Of a DNA stretch of 50,106 bases, positions 27,602 through 39,838 are shown one piece after another; the first letter of the stretch is position 1; every line of letters starts with the position of its first letter. The stretch covers positions 1-50,106 of the forward strand of contig JBILTX010000002.1 of assembly GCA_044371315.1 (NCBI GenBank). The letters run 5' to 3'. The stretch comes from Alphaproteobacteria bacterium (GTDB lineage: Bacteria; Pseudomonadota; Alphaproteobacteria; JAJTHO01; CANGYM01). A program made the translations under genes and the position numbers. A model generated the notes under the pieces. It saw only the letters and a program-made list of their open reading frames with translations. It ran no database searches and was not told the DNA's origin.

Positions 27602-29677
27602 ATGTCTCGTCAAACCCCTTTGGATCATTATCGTAACATCGGCATCATGGCCCACATTGATGCTGGTAAAACCACAACAACAGAACGTATTTTGTTTTAT
27701 ACAGGTCGCCAGCACAACATTGGTGAAGTTCATGAAGGCAACGCCACCATGGACTGGATGGAACAAGAGCAGGAGCGGGGCATCACCATTACCTCAGCCG
27801 CTACAACGTGTTATTGGGCGGGTCATCGAATCAACATCATTGATACCCCTGGCCACGTAGATTTCACCATCGAGGTTGAGCGGTCCCTGCGGGTTTTGGA
27901 CGGCGCTGTGGCCGTTTTTGACAGTGTGGCGGGGGTTGAGCCGCAATCCGAAACGGTATGGCGTCAGGCCGATAAATACAAAGTTCCTCGGATGTGTTTC
28001 GTCAACAAGATGGACCGTATCGGGGCGGATTTCTTTCGCTGTGTGGATATGATGGTGGACCGTTTGGGGGCCGTGCCTTTGGTGCTCCAGCTGCCGATTG
28101 GTGTAGAGTCCGATTTCGTTGGTGTGGTGGATCTGATTAGAAACGTTGAGATTCACTGGCTGGAAGAAAGCCTAGGCGCCAAGTTTGAAGAGCGTCCCAT
28201 TTCCGCAGCCTATCAAGAAAAAGCGGCCCAGTACCGCGAAAAAATGATCGAGCTGGCCGTTGAGCAAGACGATGACGCCATGGAAAAATACCTAGGGGGC
28301 GAAGAGCCTTCTATTGAAGTTCTGAGAGCCTGTATTCGTCGCGGAACCATCAAGGGGGTCTTTGTTCCCGTTCTTTGTGGATCTGCTTTTAAAAACAAAG
28401 GTGTTCAGCCCCTGTTGGATGCTGTTACGTATTATTTGCCATCGCCGCTGGATATTGGCGATACGGCAGGTCTTAAGCCCGATTCTGATGATGCAGATTC
28501 ACGGAAGCCCTCTGACACCGAGCCGTTTTCTGGTTTAGCCTTTAAGATCATGACGGATCCTTTTGTGGGGTCTTTGACATTTGTGCGCGTGTATTCCGGA
28601 AAGGTTGAATCGGGCTCTTATGTTGAAAACACAACAAAGGGCAAGAGAGAGCGTATTGGCCGGATGTTGCTGATGCATGCCAATTCCCGTGAGGAAATCA
28701 AAGAAGCCTACACCGGCGATATCATCGCTTTGGTGGGTATGAAAGACACCACAACAGGGGATACTCTTTGTGATCAAAAGCATCCTATTGTTTTAGAGCG
28801 CATGGAATTCCCTGAGCCCGTGATTGAGGTGGCGGTTGAACCCAAAACCAAAGCTGATCAGGAAAAAATGTCTGTGGCTTTGGGCCGTTTGGCCACCGAG
28901 GATCCTTCGTTCCGCGTGTCCGTTGACCATGAATCTGGTCAAACGGTGATTAAGGGTATGGGAGAGCTGCACCTAGAGATCATTGTTGATCGTATGCGGC
29001 GCGAGTTTAAGGTCGAAGCCAACGTGGGGGCCCCACAGGTGGCGTACCGTGAAACCATTTCCAAAAAAGTCGAAATTGACTACACCCACAAGAAACAGTC
29101 TGGTGGTGCTGGTCAGTTTGCCCGTGTGATTATGACCTTCGAGCCCCTAGAGCGTAGCGGCGGTTATGAGTTCGTCAACAAGGTTGTTGGGGGATCCATT
29201 CCCAAAGAATACATCCCAGGGGTTGAAAAAGGCCTGATGTCTGCCAAGGACACCGGAGCCTTAGCGGGATTTCCTGTGGTGGATTTCAGGGTGACCTTGA
29301 CAGAAGGGGCCTATCACGATGTGGACTCTTCGACCTTGGCCTTTGAAATTGCCGGCCGCGCCGCCTTTCGTGAGGGGATGAGGAAAGCAGGAAGCCAGAT
29401 CCTAGAGCCCATCATGAACGTTGAGGTGGTCACACCAGAAGATTACATGGGTGATATCATTGGGGATTTGAACTCGCGTCGGGGTCAGGTTTCTGGTATG
29501 GATCAACGGGGTAATGCCCGCGTGATTAATGCAATGGTCCCCTTGTCAAATATGTTTGGATATGTTAATACCCTTCGCTCAATGAGCCAAGGCCGTGCCC
29601 AGTTCACCATGGTCTTTCATCATTACGAGCCCGTCCCCCACGCGATCGCTGAAGAGATCGCAGCAAAACATTCTTAA
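27602..29677 (+). CDS. fusA: elongation factor G
   Basis: [26 protein letters not shown], 691 aa. Confidence 0.98.
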   Translation: MSRQTPLDHYRNIGIMAHIDAGKTTTTERILFYTGRQHNIGEVHEGNATMDWMEQEQERGITITSAATTCYWAGHRINIIDTPGHVDFTIEVERSLRVLDGAVAVFDSVAGVEPQSETVWRQADKYKVPRMCFVNKMDRIGADFFRCVDMMVDRLGAVPLVLQLPIGVESDFVGVVDLIRNVEIHWLEESLGAKFEERPISAAYQEKAAQYREKMIELAVEQDDDAMEKYLGGEEPSIEVLRACIRRGTIKGVFVPVLCGSAFKNKGVQPLLDAVTYYLPSPLDIGDTAGLKPDSDDADSRKPSDTEPFSGLAFKIMTDPFVGSLTFVRVYSGKVESGSYVENTTKGKRERIGRMLLMHANSREEIKEAYTGDIIALVGMKDTTTGDTLCDQKHPIVLERMEFPEPVIEVAVEPKTKADQEKMSVALGRLATEDPSFRVSVDHESGQTVIKGMGELHLEIIVDRMRREFKVEANVGAPQVAYRETISKKVEIDYTHKKQSGGAGQFARVIMTFEPLERSGGYEFVNKVVGGSIPKEYIPGVEKGLMSAKDTGALAGFPVVDFRVTLTEGAYHDVDSSTLAFEIAGRAAFREGMRKAGSQILEPIMNVEVVTPEDYMGDIIGDLNSRRGQVSGMDQRGNARVINAMVPLSNMFGYVNTLRSMSQGRAQFTMVFHHYEPVPHAIAEEIAAKHS

Positions 29678-29703
29678 TGACTAACGAAAAGGTAGGAAAA
29701 ACC

Positions 29704-30879
<1,176 letters not shown>

Positions 30880-30899
30880 AGGTCTTTACATACCCCGAA

Positions 30900-30928
30900 A
30901 GAGGCTGCATAATGCGGCCTCTTTTTTT
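30900..30928 (+). terminator. rho-independent terminator after tuf
   Basis: 10-bp stem AGAGGCTGCA / TGCGGCCTCT (one G-U pair), loop TAA, followed by TTTTTT (30923-30928). Confidence 0.7.
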
Positions 30929-30958
30929 CTGTGAACGTTGTGGATACGAGAATTAACT

Positions 30959-31288
30959 ATGGACGCACAAACCATTCGAGTGCACCTTCGGGCCTTTGAT
31001 CATCGGATTTTGGATAAATCTGCTGAGCAGATTGTTGATACGGTGAAGCGCACGGGATCAAAGCTTCACGGCCCTGTTCCTTTGCCAACGCGTATTGAGC
31101 GCTTTACGGTGTTGCGTTCGCCACACGTGAACAAAAAATCCCGTGAACAATTCGAAATGCGCACCCACAAACGTTTGATTGATATTCTCAGTCCAACTCC
31201 CCAAACGGTGGACGCTTTAATGAAGCTAGAGCTCCCTTCTGGGGTTGATGTTCAAATTAAATTGACGCCCATGGGCGCTGTGGCTTAG
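30959..31288 (+). CDS. rpsJ: 30S ribosomal protein S10
   Basis: [19 protein letters not shown]... Confidence 0.97.
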   Translation: MDAQTIRVHLRAFDHRILDKSAEQIVDTVKRTGSKLHGPVPLPTRIERFTVLRSPHVNKKSREQFEMRTHKRLIDILSPTPQTVDALMKLELPSGVDVQIKLTPMGAVA

Positions 31289-31298
31289 GAGAGGTCCC

Positions 31299-32075
31299 AT
31301 GACAAAGCGTACAGGTTTGATTGCTAAAAAACTGGGGATGACCCGTCGTTTTTCTGCCGAGGGTATTTCTTCGGCTGTGACGGTGCTCAGCTTAGAGGGT
31401 TGTCAAGTGATTGGTCAGCGGACTCAGGATCGTGACGGATATACGGCGGTTGTTTTGGGTGCTGGGGATCGTCGTGCCTCCCGCGTGAACAAGGCCCAAC
31501 GTGTGCAGTATGCCAACGCCAACCTTTCTCCCAAAGCCATCGTGCGAGAATTTCGTGTTGAATCTGACGCTTTCCTCGACGTGGGCTCTGTCCTTCAGGC
31601 CGATCACTTTGTTGTGGGTCAAAAGGTGGATGTGATTGGAACGTCGGTGGGTAAAGGTTTTGCTGGTGCTATGAAGCGTCACAATTTTGGTGGTTTGCGG
31701 GCCTCTCACGGGGTGTCCATCAGTCACCGTTCCCACGGATCCACAGGTCAACGTCAGGACCCTGGAAAGGTTTTTAAAGGCAAAAAAATGGCCGGTCATA
31801 TGGGGGACGTGCGCGTTACTCAGCAAAATTTAGAAATTTTAGAAACCGATGTGGCCCGTGGTTTGGTTTTTGTGAAAGGCAGCATTCCCGGCGCCACGAA
31901 CAGTTTTGTTTTGATTCAAGATGCGGTGAAGTCTCTCTCCCAAGACTTACCGTTTCCTGGTTCCGTGGTTTTTGCGGCTCCTGCTCAGGATGTTCAGGCC
32001 CCTTCGTCTGAATCTGAGGCTGCTGTTTCCGAGCCTGCCTTGAGTGAATCCTCTGGTGATACGTTAGAAAATTAA
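31299..32075 (+). CDS. rplC: 50S ribosomal protein L3
   Basis: [14 protein letters not shown]...[11 protein letters not shown], with an acidic Ser/Ala/Glu-rich C-terminal tail. Confidence 0.97.
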   Translation: MTKRTGLIAKKLGMTRRFSAEGISSAVTVLSLEGCQVIGQRTQDRDGYTAVVLGAGDRRASRVNKAQRVQYANANLSPKAIVREFRVESDAFLDVGSVLQADHFVVGQKVDVIGTSVGKGFAGAMKRHNFGGLRASHGVSISHRSHGSTGQRQDPGKVFKGKKMAGHMGDVRVTQQNLEILETDVARGLVFVKGSIPGATNSFVLIQDAVKSLSQDLPFPGSVVFAAPAQDVQAPSSESEAAVSEPALSESSGDTLEN

Positions 32076-32085
32076 GAGTCGTTTT

Positions 32086-32712
32086 ATGCAGTACGCCTTG
32101 TTTACAGGACCTGATTTTAAATCCACGGATGTGGCTTTGAGCGATGATGTCTTCGCCCTTTCTCCCCTTCGCCCCGATATTATGGCGCGGGTGGTTCAGT
32201 GGCAGTTGGACAAACGTCGCTCGGGGTGCCACAAAACCAAGGGCATTTCTGAAATTCAAGGGACAACCAAAAAACCCTATAAACAAAAAGGCACGGGAAA
32301 TGCCCGTCAAGGGTCTTTGCGTTCCCCCCAATACCGTGGCGGTGCCACGATTTTTGGGCCCGTGGTTCGGGATCATGGCTATTCTTTAAACAAAAAAATA
32401 CGGGCTTTGGGGCTCAAGCATGCGCTTTCTTCCAAATGTCAGGATCAGTCTTTGGTTCTGATCGATGGTTATCCTGCTTTTGAAAAAGCCAAGGATGCGT
32501 CGGCTTGGGCCAAAAAGCTTAGCTTGGTCAAACCCTTGTTTATTGTCAATCAGGCGGACATGGATGCGCCTTTTGTCAGAGCCCTGCGCAACCTTAAAGA
32601 CGTTCGCCTGCTGGCCTTAGAAGGTCTGAACGTTTACAGTTTGCTTCAGGCCCGTCATGTTGTTCTCACGGCAGCCGCCAAAGACGCTATTGAGCAGAGG
32701 TTTTCGGTATGA
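32086..32712 (+). CDS. rplD: 50S ribosomal protein L4
   Basis: ...KTKGISEIQGTTKKPYKQKGTGNARQGSLRSPQYRGGATIFGP... Confidence 0.96.
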   Translation: MQYALFTGPDFKSTDVALSDDVFALSPLRPDIMARVVQWQLDKRRSGCHKTKGISEIQGTTKKPYKQKGTGNARQGSLRSPQYRGGATIFGPVVRDHGYSLNKKIRALGLKHALSSKCQDQSLVLIDGYPAFEKAKDASAWAKKLSLVKPLFIVNQADMDAPFVRALRNLKDVRLLALEGLNVYSLLQARHVVLTAAAKDAIEQRFSV

Positions 32713-33032
32713 AGCAAGGTCTACTTTCCACAAAAAAGAGAAAAATCAGCTCTTTTGATATCCTCCGCCGTCCCATTGTGACTGAAAAATCCACCCTTCA
32801 GGGGGAAATCGGCAACAAAGTGGTTTTTGAGGTTTTGCCTGGCGCCACCAAAAATGACGTCAAGCTGGCCATGAAAGAGGTTTTTTCTGTTGTCGTTGAA
32901 AAAGTCAACATGATTCATCTGCCCGCAAAAACCAAGCGGTTCAAAGGCATGGTTGGGCGTCGTGCCGCCACAAAAAAAGCCATTATTACCTTAAAGGCTG
33001 GCGAAACCCTTAATTTTTTTGATGGAGTCTAG
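32709..33032 (+). CDS. rplW: 50S ribosomal protein L23
   Basis: ...FDILRRPIVTEKST...VVFEV...; position between rplD and rplB. Confidence 0.95.
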   Translation: MKQGLLSTKKRKISSFDILRRPIVTEKSTLQGEIGNKVVFEVLPGATKNDVKLAMKEVFSVVVEKVNMIHLPAKTKRFKGMVGRRAATKKAIITLKAGETLNFFDGV

Positions 33033-33035
33033 ATC

Positions 33036-33863
33036 ATGGCCTTAAAAGCCTATAAACCCGTTACCCCTGGAACGCGTGGCTTGATTCTTTCCACGTCTTC
33101 GGATCTTTGGAAGGGTCGCCCTGAAAAAAGTTTGGTTTCCGGTATTTCCTCAACAGGGGGCCGTAACAATCTGGGACGCATGACCAATCGCAACATCGGC
33201 TCCCGTCATAAACGTCTGTACCGTCAAGTTGATTTTAAACGCAGTAAGCGGGATATCGTGGGCACAGTGGAGCGTTTGGAATACGATCCCAATCGTACCG
33301 CCTACATTGCCCTCATTTCTTATGACGATGGAGAAAAGGCTTATATCTTGGCCCCCCAAAAACTGAAAGCTGGCGATAAAGTTTTGGCCGGCGAAAAAGC
33401 CGATATTCGGGTGGGGAATGCGTTGCCTTTGGCCAACATTCCTTTGGGAACAGTGGTGCACAATGTTGAAATGAAGCCTGGCAAAGGCGGACAGCTTGCC
33501 CGCAGTGCGGGGGCTTCGGTTCAGTTGGTGGCGCGGGATCAGGGCTATGCTCAGCTGCGTCTCTCTTCGGGCGAGGTTCGTCTTGTTCTTTCGTCGTGTT
33601 ATGCCACGGTTGGGATGGTTTCCAATCCAGATCATCAGAACGAAGTTTTGGGAAAGGCCGGCCGGAATCGCTGGAAAGGCCGCCGTCCCCATGTTCGTGG
33701 TGTGGCTATGAACCCTGTGGATCACCCGCATGGTGGTGGTGAGGGAAAAACCTCCGGTGGGCGTCATCCTGTGACCCCATGGGGAAAGTCCACCAAAGGA
33801 AAGCGGACACGCCGCAACAAGGCGACGTCCAAATATATTGTCAAACGACGCTACCAGAAATAA
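33036..33863 (+). CDS. rplB: 50S ribosomal protein L2
   Basis: [15 protein letters not shown]...[21 protein letters not shown]. Confidence 0.98.
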   Translation: MALKAYKPVTPGTRGLILSTSSDLWKGRPEKSLVSGISSTGGRNNLGRMTNRNIGSRHKRLYRQVDFKRSKRDIVGTVERLEYDPNRTAYIALISYDDGEKAYILAPQKLKAGDKVLAGEKADIRVGNALPLANIPLGTVVHNVEMKPGKGGQLARSAGASVQLVARDQGYAQLRLSSGEVRLVLSSCYATVGMVSNPDHQNEVLGKAGRNRWKGRRPHVRGVAMNPVDHPHGGGEGKTSGGRHPVTPWGKSTKGKRTRRNKATSKYIVKRRYQK

Positions 33864-33882
33864 GAAATAAAGGACACTGCAT

Positions 33883-34161
33883 ATGCCCCGCTCTGTTTGG
33901 AAAGGTCCCTTTGTTGACGGGTATTTGATTGATAAAGCTGCTAAACTTGCCTCCTCGGGCCGCCGCGATATCATCAAAACTTGGTCACGCCGCTCAACCA
34001 TTCTCCCCAACTTTGTGGGGTTAACGTTCGGTGTTTACAATGGTAAAAAATTTGTACCTGTGACGGTGAATGAAGACATGATCGGCCACAAGCTGGGTGA
34101 ATTTGCCCCCACGCGGACCTTTTTAGGTCATGGTGCGGATAAAAAAGCGAAAAAGAAATAG
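33883..34161 (+). CDS. rpsS: 30S ribosomal protein S19
   Basis: [12 protein letters not shown]...[13 protein letters not shown]. Confidence 0.98.
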   Translation: MPRSVWKGPFVDGYLIDKAAKLASSGRRDIIKTWSRRSTILPNFVGLTFGVYNGKKFVPVTVNEDMIGHKLGEFAPTRTFLGHGADKKAKKK

Positions 34162-34170
34162 GGTGCTGTT

Positions 34171-34515
34171 ATGAGCCGTCTTGTCCAAGCCATGAACACT
34201 GTTGTGCGCAGCAGTCCGCAAAAACTAAACGTTGTTGCGGGCAGCATTCGCCGTAAACATGTTCAGGATGCTATTCATATCCTCAACTTTTCCCAAAAAC
34301 GTGTGGCGGACGTGGTTTTAAAAACCCTAAACTCTGCCATTGCCAACGCCGAACACAACCATGGTTTGGATGTGGATCGGTTGTATGTCAAAGAGGCTTT
34401 TGTGGGAAAAAGCTTGGTTATGAAACGTTTTCGGGCCCGCGCCCGTGGCCGTGGGGCTCGTATTATGAAGCCTGTCAGTCGTATCACCGTTATTCTGGCA
34501 GAAGAGGAGATTTAG
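34171..34515 (+). CDS. rplV: 50S ribosomal protein L22
   Basis: ...[24 protein letters not shown]...[22 protein letters not shown]. Confidence 0.96.
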   Translation: MSRLVQAMNTVVRSSPQKLNVVAGSIRRKHVQDAIHILNFSQKRVADVVLKTLNSAIANAEHNHGLDVDRLYVKEAFVGKSLVMKRFRARARGRGARIMKPVSRITVILAEEEI

Positions 34516-34518
34516 GTT

Positions 34519-35178
34519 ATGGGTCAGAAAGTTAACCCCATCGGGTTTCGTTTGAAAGTGAATAAAGACTGGGATTCCCGCTGGTTTGCCGGCAAGTCTT
34601 ATCAGGAAACCTTGCTTCAGGATCTTGAAATCCGCAAGTATTTGGAAAAGCGCCTGAAATCGGCTTATATCAGCAAAATTGTCATTGAGCGCCCAGCCAA
34701 TAAGCCCATCGTGAATCTTTACTCGGGTCGTCCTGGATTGATTATTGGTAAAAAAGGGACCGATATTGAATTGCTGCGCAAAGATTTAGCCAAATTTCTG
34801 GGGCGCGATGTTCAAATCAACATTGTTGAAATTCGCAAACCTGAAATTGAAGCCAAGTTGGTGGCCCAGAACGTGGCTTCCCAGCTTGAAAAACGGGTGG
34901 CGTTTCGTCGTGCCATGCGCCGTGTGGTCCAGTCGGCTTTGCGCTTCGGCGCCGAAGGGATTCGGATTAACTGCAGTGGTCGTTTGGGGGGCGCGGAAAT
35001 TGCCCGTATGGAATGGTATCGCGAGGGTCGGGTACCCTTGCACACCCTGCGTGCTGATATCGACTATGGGGAAGCAGAGGCTTTGACAACCTATGGCGTT
35101 ATTGGTATTAAGGTCTGGATTTACAAAGGTGAAATTCTCAAAGATGGCGAGCGCGAAGATTTGCGCCCCGCCGCATAG
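34519..35178 (+). CDS. rpsC: 30S ribosomal protein S3
   Basis: [24 protein letters not shown]... Confidence 0.98.
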   Translation: MGQKVNPIGFRLKVNKDWDSRWFAGKSYQETLLQDLEIRKYLEKRLKSAYISKIVIERPANKPIVNLYSGRPGLIIGKKGTDIELLRKDLAKFLGRDVQINIVEIRKPEIEAKLVAQNVASQLEKRVAFRRAMRRVVQSALRFGAEGIRINCSGRLGGAEIARMEWYREGRVPLHTLRADIDYGEAEALTTYGVIGIKVWIYKGEILKDGEREDLRPAA

Positions 35179-35200
35179 ATAACCATAACGGAGTTTAGGC

Positions 35201-35617
35201 ATGTTTAGCCCTAAAAAAACAAAATACCGCAAGGCCCACAAGGGACGCATCAAAGGCGAGACCAAAGCCGGAGACCGTCTTAACTTTGGCCAGTTTGGTT
35301 TAAAAGCTTTGGCTGCGGACCGGATTACGGCCCGCCAGATCGAGGCTGCTCGTCGGGCCATCACCCGTCATTTGCGTCGTGCGGGCAAGCTGTGGATTCG
35401 CGTGTTTCCAGACTTACCGGTTTCCCGTAAACCTGCCGAAGTACGTATGGGAAGCGGAAAAGGAACGCCAGAGTTCTGGGCCTGTCGTGTGGCCCCTGGG
35501 CGCATTCTTTTTGAAATTGAGGGCGTTTCTGAAGAGCAAGCGCGTGAAGCGTTTGCCTTGGCCCACGCCAAATTGCCCATTCAGTCCAAATTTGTTAAAC
35601 GCTTGCCGTGTGAGTAG
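35201..35617 (+). CDS. rplP: 50S ribosomal protein L16
   Basis: [19 protein letters not shown]... Confidence 0.98.
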   Translation: MFSPKKTKYRKAHKGRIKGETKAGDRLNFGQFGLKALAADRITARQIEAARRAITRHLRRAGKLWIRVFPDLPVSRKPAEVRMGSGKGTPEFWACRVAPGRILFEIEGVSEEQAREAFALAHAKLPIQSKFVKRLPCE

Positions 35618-35622
35618 AGATT

Positions 35623-35823
35623 ATGAAATTGTCGGAACGAAAGGCCGCATTGTTGCGGGGCAAAACCAAAGATGAACTGACCGACATGCTGCGTCACTGC
35701 CAGCGTGATTTGATGAGTATGCGCTTTAAAAAGAAAAGTGGTGGCGTGGAAAACACAACCCGCTTTCGTTTTGTGCGTCGTCGCATTGCCCAGATTAAGA
35801 CCCTATTGAATAACCCTGCCTAA
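35623..35823 (+). CDS. rpmC: 50S ribosomal protein L29
   Basis: 66 aa. ...LRGKTKDELTDML...LMSMRFKK... Position between rplP and rpsQ. Confidence 0.93.
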   Translation: MKLSERKAALLRGKTKDELTDMLRHCQRDLMSMRFKKKSGGVENTTRFRFVRRRIAQIKTLLNNPA

Positions 35824-35835
35824 AGGATTCTTGTT

Positions 35836-36096
35836 ATGCCCCGTCGTGTGATGCAAGGTGTTGTTGTGAAGGACGCTAAAGATAAAACCATCAGTGTTTT
35901 GGTGGAGCGTTCGGTCAAGCACCCTGTTTATAAAAAATATGTTAAGCGTTCCAAGAAATTCTTGGCCCATGATGAAACCAACCGTTCCCGTCAGGGTGAC
36001 GTCGTTTCCATTGTGGAGTCTCGTCCTTTTTCCAAAAGAAAAACGTGGGTTCTGCTGGATGATGCAGGTCTGCCAACGCAAGGAGCTTCTGTATGA
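35836..36096 (+). CDS. rpsQ: 30S ribosomal protein S17
   Basis: [36 protein letters not shown]... Confidence 0.97.
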   Translation: MPRRVMQGVVVKDAKDKTISVLVERSVKHPVYKKYVKRSKKFLAHDETNRSRQGDVVSIVESRPFSKRKTWVLLDDAGLPTQGASV

Positions 36097-36461
36097 TTCA
36101 AATGCAAACCCGCCTGGATGTTGCGGATAACTCTGGGGCGAAGACTGTCATGTGTGTCAAGGTTTTGGGCGGTTCCAAAAAGAGAACGGCCGAAATTGGT
36201 GACGTTATCGTGGTGTCTGTTAAGGACGCCATTCCTCGGGGTAAAGTTAAAAAAGGGGATGTGCACCGTGCCTTGGTCGTGCGCACCCGTTTTGGTGTTC
36301 GTCGTCCCGATGATTCTTTGATCCGTTTTGATAACAATGCTGTTGTGATCATCAATAAGCAGGGCGAGCCCGTGGGAACCCGTATTTTTGGCCCCGTAAC
36401 CCGTGAGCTGCGTTCAAAAAATTACATGAAAATTATATCGCTGGCCCCGGAGGTCCTATAA
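36093..36461 (+). CDS. rplN: 50S ribosomal protein L14
   Basis: [17 protein letters not shown]... Confidence 0.98.
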   Translation: MIQMQTRLDVADNSGAKTVMCVKVLGGSKKRTAEIGDVIVVSVKDAIPRGKVKKGDVHRALVVRTRFGVRRPDDSLIRFDNNAVVIINKQGEPVGTRIFGPVTRELRSKNYMKIISLAPEVL

Positions 36462-36463
36462 TA

Positions 36464-36784
36464 ATGAAACAGAAAGTTAAAATTAAGCGGGATGATACCG
36501 TTGTTGTGCTTGCTGGAAAAGATAAAGGCAAGCGCGGCAAAGTTCTGAAGGTTCTGCCCTCAGAAAACAAGTTGATTGTTGATGGCGTGAATGTTGTCAC
36601 CAAACACAAAAAGCCTACGCAGCTCGATGCTGGCGGTATTCGCCGTTTTGAGAAAGCGATTGACGTTTCCAATGTCGCCATTTTGGATCCTAAACTGGAT
36701 GTTCCCACCCGTGTGGGTTACAAGATCATCGATGGCAAGAAGGTCCGTTATGCGAAAAAGTCAGGAGAAGTGATCGATGCTTGA
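36464..36784 (+). CDS. rplX: 50S ribosomal protein L24
   Basis: ...[24 protein letters not shown]... Confidence 0.97.
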   Translation: MKQKVKIKRDDTVVVLAGKDKGKRGKVLKVLPSENKLIVDGVNVVTKHKKPTQLDAGGIRRFEKAIDVSNVAILDPKLDVPTRVGYKIIDGKKVRYAKKSGEVIDA

Positions 36785-37328
36785 GACTCAACCCCGTTTG
36801 AAACAACAGTATCTTAACGACATTCGGCCGGCTTTGATGAAAGAGCTTGGCTTGTCTAACGTGATGCAAGCTCCCCGTCTGGAAAAAATCGTCATCAATG
36901 TTGGTTTTGGTGATGCGGTTCAAGACAGCAAAAAACTGGATAAGGTTGTGGCTGACCTCGCGCTTTTGGCGGGCCAAAAACCTGTGATTACTCGGGCTAA
37001 GAAATCTATTGCCACATTTAAGGTTCGTGAGGGCATGGTTATGGGCTGCAAAGTCACCTTGCGCCGCGAACGGATGTACGAATTCATGGATCGCTTGGTC
37101 ACCATCGCCATGCCTCGTATCCGAGACTTTCGGGGTATTTCAGGAAAATCTTTTGATGCCCAAGGTAACTACGCCATGGGGATTAAAGAGCACATTATCT
37201 TTCCCGAAATTGACTATGATAAGATTGACAAAGTTTTTGGAATGGATATAGTCCTCGTTTCAACCAGTAACCGTGCGGATCATACCAAAGCCTTGCTGAA
37301 GGCCTTTGGTTTCCCGTTTTATAATTAA
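36777..37328 (+). CDS. rplE: 50S ribosomal protein L5
   Basis: ...[38 protein letters not shown]... Confidence 0.97.
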   Translation: MLETQPRLKQQYLNDIRPALMKELGLSNVMQAPRLEKIVINVGFGDAVQDSKKLDKVVADLALLAGQKPVITRAKKSIATFKVREGMVMGCKVTLRRERMYEFMDRLVTIAMPRIRDFRGISGKSFDAQGNYAMGIKEHIIFPEIDYDKIDKVFGMDIVLVSTSNRADHTKALLKAFGFPFYN

Positions 37329-37342
37329 AGTGAGACTGATTC

Positions 37343-37648
37343 ATGGCTAAACTGTGCATGAAAGAACGTGACAAGAGTCGTCGACGCAAGACTGAGAATG
37401 CTTTGGCCCGTCGCACAGCCCTTGTGGCAAAAGTCAAAGATCGCTCTCTTCCTATGGAAGATCGTCTGATGGCGGTGCGCAAGCTGTCTGAGATGCCTCG
37501 CAATTCTGCCAAAGTTCGTATTCGTAACCGTTGCGCCTTAACGGGCCGTTCTCGGGGTGTTTATCGTAAATTCGGTTTGTCTCGTATTAAATTGCGGGAA
37601 CTGGCTTCTGCGGGCCAGCTTCCTGGTGTTGTAAAATCAAGTTGGTAA
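37343..37648 (+). CDS. rpsN: 30S ribosomal protein S14 (long form)
   Basis: [16 protein letters not shown]...[28 protein letters not shown]...KSSW. Confidence 0.97.
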   Translation: MAKLCMKERDKSRRRKTENALARRTALVAKVKDRSLPMEDRLMAVRKLSEMPRNSAKVRIRNRCALTGRSRGVYRKFGLSRIKLRELASAGQLPGVVKSSW

Positions 37649-37654
37649 GCCATT

Positions 37655-38053
37655 ATGACCATGACCGATCCTATTGGGGCTATGTTAACCACCCTGCGCA
37701 ATGGTGCTGCGGCCAAAAAGACCCAAGTCTCTGTGCCAGCCTCCCGTTTGAAGCAATCCATTTTGGATGTTTTGAAACGTGAAGGCTACATCCGCGGTTA
37801 TGAGGTTCGGGATGTCCGTCCTCGTGTCCAAGAGATCGTTGTGGAGCTGAAGTATTATCAGGGCCAGCCTGTGATTAAAGAAATTTCTCGCGGATCCAAG
37901 CCCAGCCGTCGCGTGTATTGCGGGGCTTCCGCAATGCCCAAGGTTCATAATGGATTGGGTATTGGGATTGTTTCAACCTCTTTGGGCATTTTTTCTGACG
38001 CCGAAGCGCGCAAGGCGGGTTTGGGCGGCGAATGGATTTGCACTGTATTTTAA
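37655..38053 (+). CDS. rpsH: 30S ribosomal protein S8
   Basis: MTMTDPIGAMLTTLRNGAAAKK... Confidence 0.97.
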   Translation: MTMTDPIGAMLTTLRNGAAAKKTQVSVPASRLKQSILDVLKREGYIRGYEVRDVRPRVQEIVVELKYYQGQPVIKEISRGSKPSRRVYCGASAMPKVHNGLGIGIVSTSLGIFSDAEARKAGLGGEWICTVF

Positions 38054-38071
38054 ATTGTGGAGTTTTGTGCT

Positions 38072-38605
38072 ATGTCCCGCGTTGGAAAGCATCCGGTTAT
38101 TGTTCCTAAAGATTGCTCTGTTTCCCTGAATCAGGGGGTCTTGTCCGTCAAGGGTAAGCTGGGCGCTTTGGCTCTGTCTGTGCCTCAAGGTGTGGAGGTC
38201 GCCATTAACGATAATCTGATTACCGTTAAACCGTCCTCTGCCAGCAAGCAAAGCCGCGCTTTGTGGGGTACCATTCGGGCCCGTATTCAAGGTATGGTCG
38301 TAGGAACCACTGTTGGGTTTACAAAGACTTTGGAGCTGGTAGGGGTTGGATATCGTGCGGCCCTGAAAGGCAATGCGATTGATCTGCAGCTGGGTTTCAG
38401 TCACCCTGTTGTCTTTGACTTGCCTGCGGGTGTAACCGCCAAGTGCGAAAAGCCGACGAGCATTCAATTGCACAGCTATGATAAACAAATTGTTGGCCAA
38501 GTTGCAGCCAAAATTCGTTCTCTTCGTTCCCCTGAACCTTATAAAGGTAAGGGTGTTCGTTATGAAGGTGAGATTGTTTTGCGTAAAGAAGGGAAAAAGA
38601 AGTAG
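38072..38605 (+). CDS. rplF: 50S ribosomal protein L6
   Basis: MSRVGKHPVIVPKD... The ATG at 38072 is preferred. Confidence 0.97.
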   Translation: MSRVGKHPVIVPKDCSVSLNQGVLSVKGKLGALALSVPQGVEVAINDNLITVKPSSASKQSRALWGTIRARIQGMVVGTTVGFTKTLELVGVGYRAALKGNAIDLQLGFSHPVVFDLPAGVTAKCEKPTSIQLHSYDKQIVGQVAAKIRSLRSPEPYKGKGVRYEGEIVLRKEGKKK

Positions 38606-38614
38606 GTTTGCATC

Positions 38615-38989
38615 ATGGCTAAGAAAATATCTTCTTTTGAAAAGCGTCGGGCCCGTGTTCGTAGTCAGTTAAAGACAACGGCTACGGTGCCGCATCGTTT
38701 GAGTGTTTACCGCTCGAACACATCTCTTTATGCTCAGGTTATTGATATGGCCTCGGGTCAGGTGGTGGCTTCTGCGTGTTCTCGGGATGAAGCGTTTAAA
38801 AACAATCAGTCCGCGCCCCAAAAACGTTCTGTGAATGTGGCCTCATGCAAAGAGGTTGGGGTTCTTTTGGCCAAGCGTGCCTTGGAAAAAAACGTAAGCA
38901 AGGTGTATTTTGATCGCAGCGGATACCGTTATCACGGACGCGTCAAATCCCTGGCTGAGGGCGCCCGTGAAGGCGGTTTATTATTTTAG
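38615..38989 (+). CDS. rplR: 50S ribosomal protein L18
   Basis: ...[10 protein letters not shown]...[17 protein letters not shown]...[24 protein letters not shown]. Confidence 0.97.
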   Translation: MAKKISSFEKRRARVRSQLKTTATVPHRLSVYRSNTSLYAQVIDMASGQVVASACSRDEAFKNNQSAPQKRSVNVASCKEVGVLLAKRALEKNVSKVYFDRSGYRYHGRVKSLAEGAREGGLLF

Positions 38990-39006
38990 GAAAAACGGAA
39001 AGCCTT

Positions 39007-39558
39007 ATGGATTACATTGAAAAACTGGTTGCCATTAACCGTGTGGCCAAGGTTGTTAAAGGGGGCCGTAAGTTTGCCTTTGCTGCCCTTGTGGTTGTTG
39101 GCGATGGTCAGGGCCGCGTGGGTTATGGATCTGGTAAAGCCAAAGAAGTTCCTGAGGCTATGAAGAAAGCCATTGAAAGTGCAAAGAAAAATATGATTCG
39201 CATCAATTTGCGTGAGGGTCGCACCCTGCATCATGATGTTGTGGGTCGTTTTGGGTCGGGCAAAATCACCCTGCGCAGTGCCCCAGCCGGTACGGGGATT
39301 ATTGCCGGTGGTCCGTCTCGCGCCGTGTTTGAGGCTTTGGGGGTTCACGATGTGGTGGCCAAATCTTTGGGGTCCTCCAACCCCTATAACATGATTCGTG
39401 CGACGTTGGCCGGATTGACTGAAACAGCCGCTCCTAAGCTGGTGGCCGCCAAACGGGATTTAAAAATTGGTGACTTGGTGCGTCGCCGTGGTGACAACAA
39501 AGATCAACACGATCAAGATCAGGAGCAAGGTTATGGAAACGACAGCCACGAAGCGTAA
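39007..39558 (+). CDS. rpsE: 30S ribosomal protein S5 (with a short acidic/His-rich C-terminal tail)
   Basis: ...[46 protein letters not shown]... The tail is [24 protein letters not shown]. Confidence 0.97.
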   Translation: MDYIEKLVAINRVAKVVKGGRKFAFAALVVVGDGQGRVGYGSGKAKEVPEAMKKAIESAKKNMIRINLREGRTLHHDVVGRFGSGKITLRSAPAGTGIIAGGPSRAVFEALGVHDVVAKSLGSSNPYNMIRATLAGLTETAAPKLVAAKRDLKIGDLVRRRGDNKDQHDQDQEQGYGNDSHEA

Positions 39559-39838
39559 AGCTCCGTCATCGGAAAAGAAGCAGTCTTCTGCTGTTTCTAA
39601 GGGCTCGCCTAAAAAAGCTCCTGCTGGGTCCCCTGCCGCACACGCTTCTTCTGCTCTGCGTTTGACGCAGGTTCGCAGTTTTTTTGGGATTTTGCCCAAT
39701 CAAAAGGCTTGTTTGATTGGTTTGGGATTAAGAAAAATTCATTCCACATCCGTCGTTCAGGACACACCGTCTGTTCGCGGCATGATTACCAAAGTTCGTC
39801 ATTTAATTCGTGTTGAGGGTGGTTCGCTATGCAATTAA
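39533..39838 (+). CDS. rpmD: 50S ribosomal protein L30 with an about 40-aa Lys/Ser/Ala/Pro-rich N-terminal extension
   Basis: The core [54 protein letters not shown] is canonical L30. The ATG at 39533 is preceded by AGGAG (39521-39525, 7-nt spacer) and overlaps the rpsE 3' end by 26 nt. Confidence 0.85.
   Translation: METTATKRKAPSSEKKQSSAVSKGSPKKAPAGSPAAHASSALRLTQVRSFFGILPNQKACLIGLGLRKIHSTSVVQDTPSVRGMITKVRHLIRVEGGSLCN

Noticed and set aside
29677-29703. Upstream in-frame ATG for tuf overlapping the fusA stop (TAATG)
   Set aside because: The canonical EF-Tu N-terminus MAKAKFER starts at 29704. The 9-residue extension is not a feature of the family.
31920-32075. Acidic Ser/Ala/Glu-rich C-terminal tail on L3 (…[32 protein letters not shown])
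   Set aside because: As far as I recall, alphaproteobacterial L3 proteins commonly carry C-terminal extensions beyond the E. coli end. Without an alignment I cannot say this one is unusual.
33150-34010. 286-aa ORF antisense to rplB/rpsS
   Set aside because: The reasoning is the same as for the tuf antisense ORF: no start context, no family resemblance, and full overlap with essential r-protein genes. The same applies to 34786-35364, 37973-38500, 31392-32376, 11350-11835, 9369-9821 and 8285-8764.
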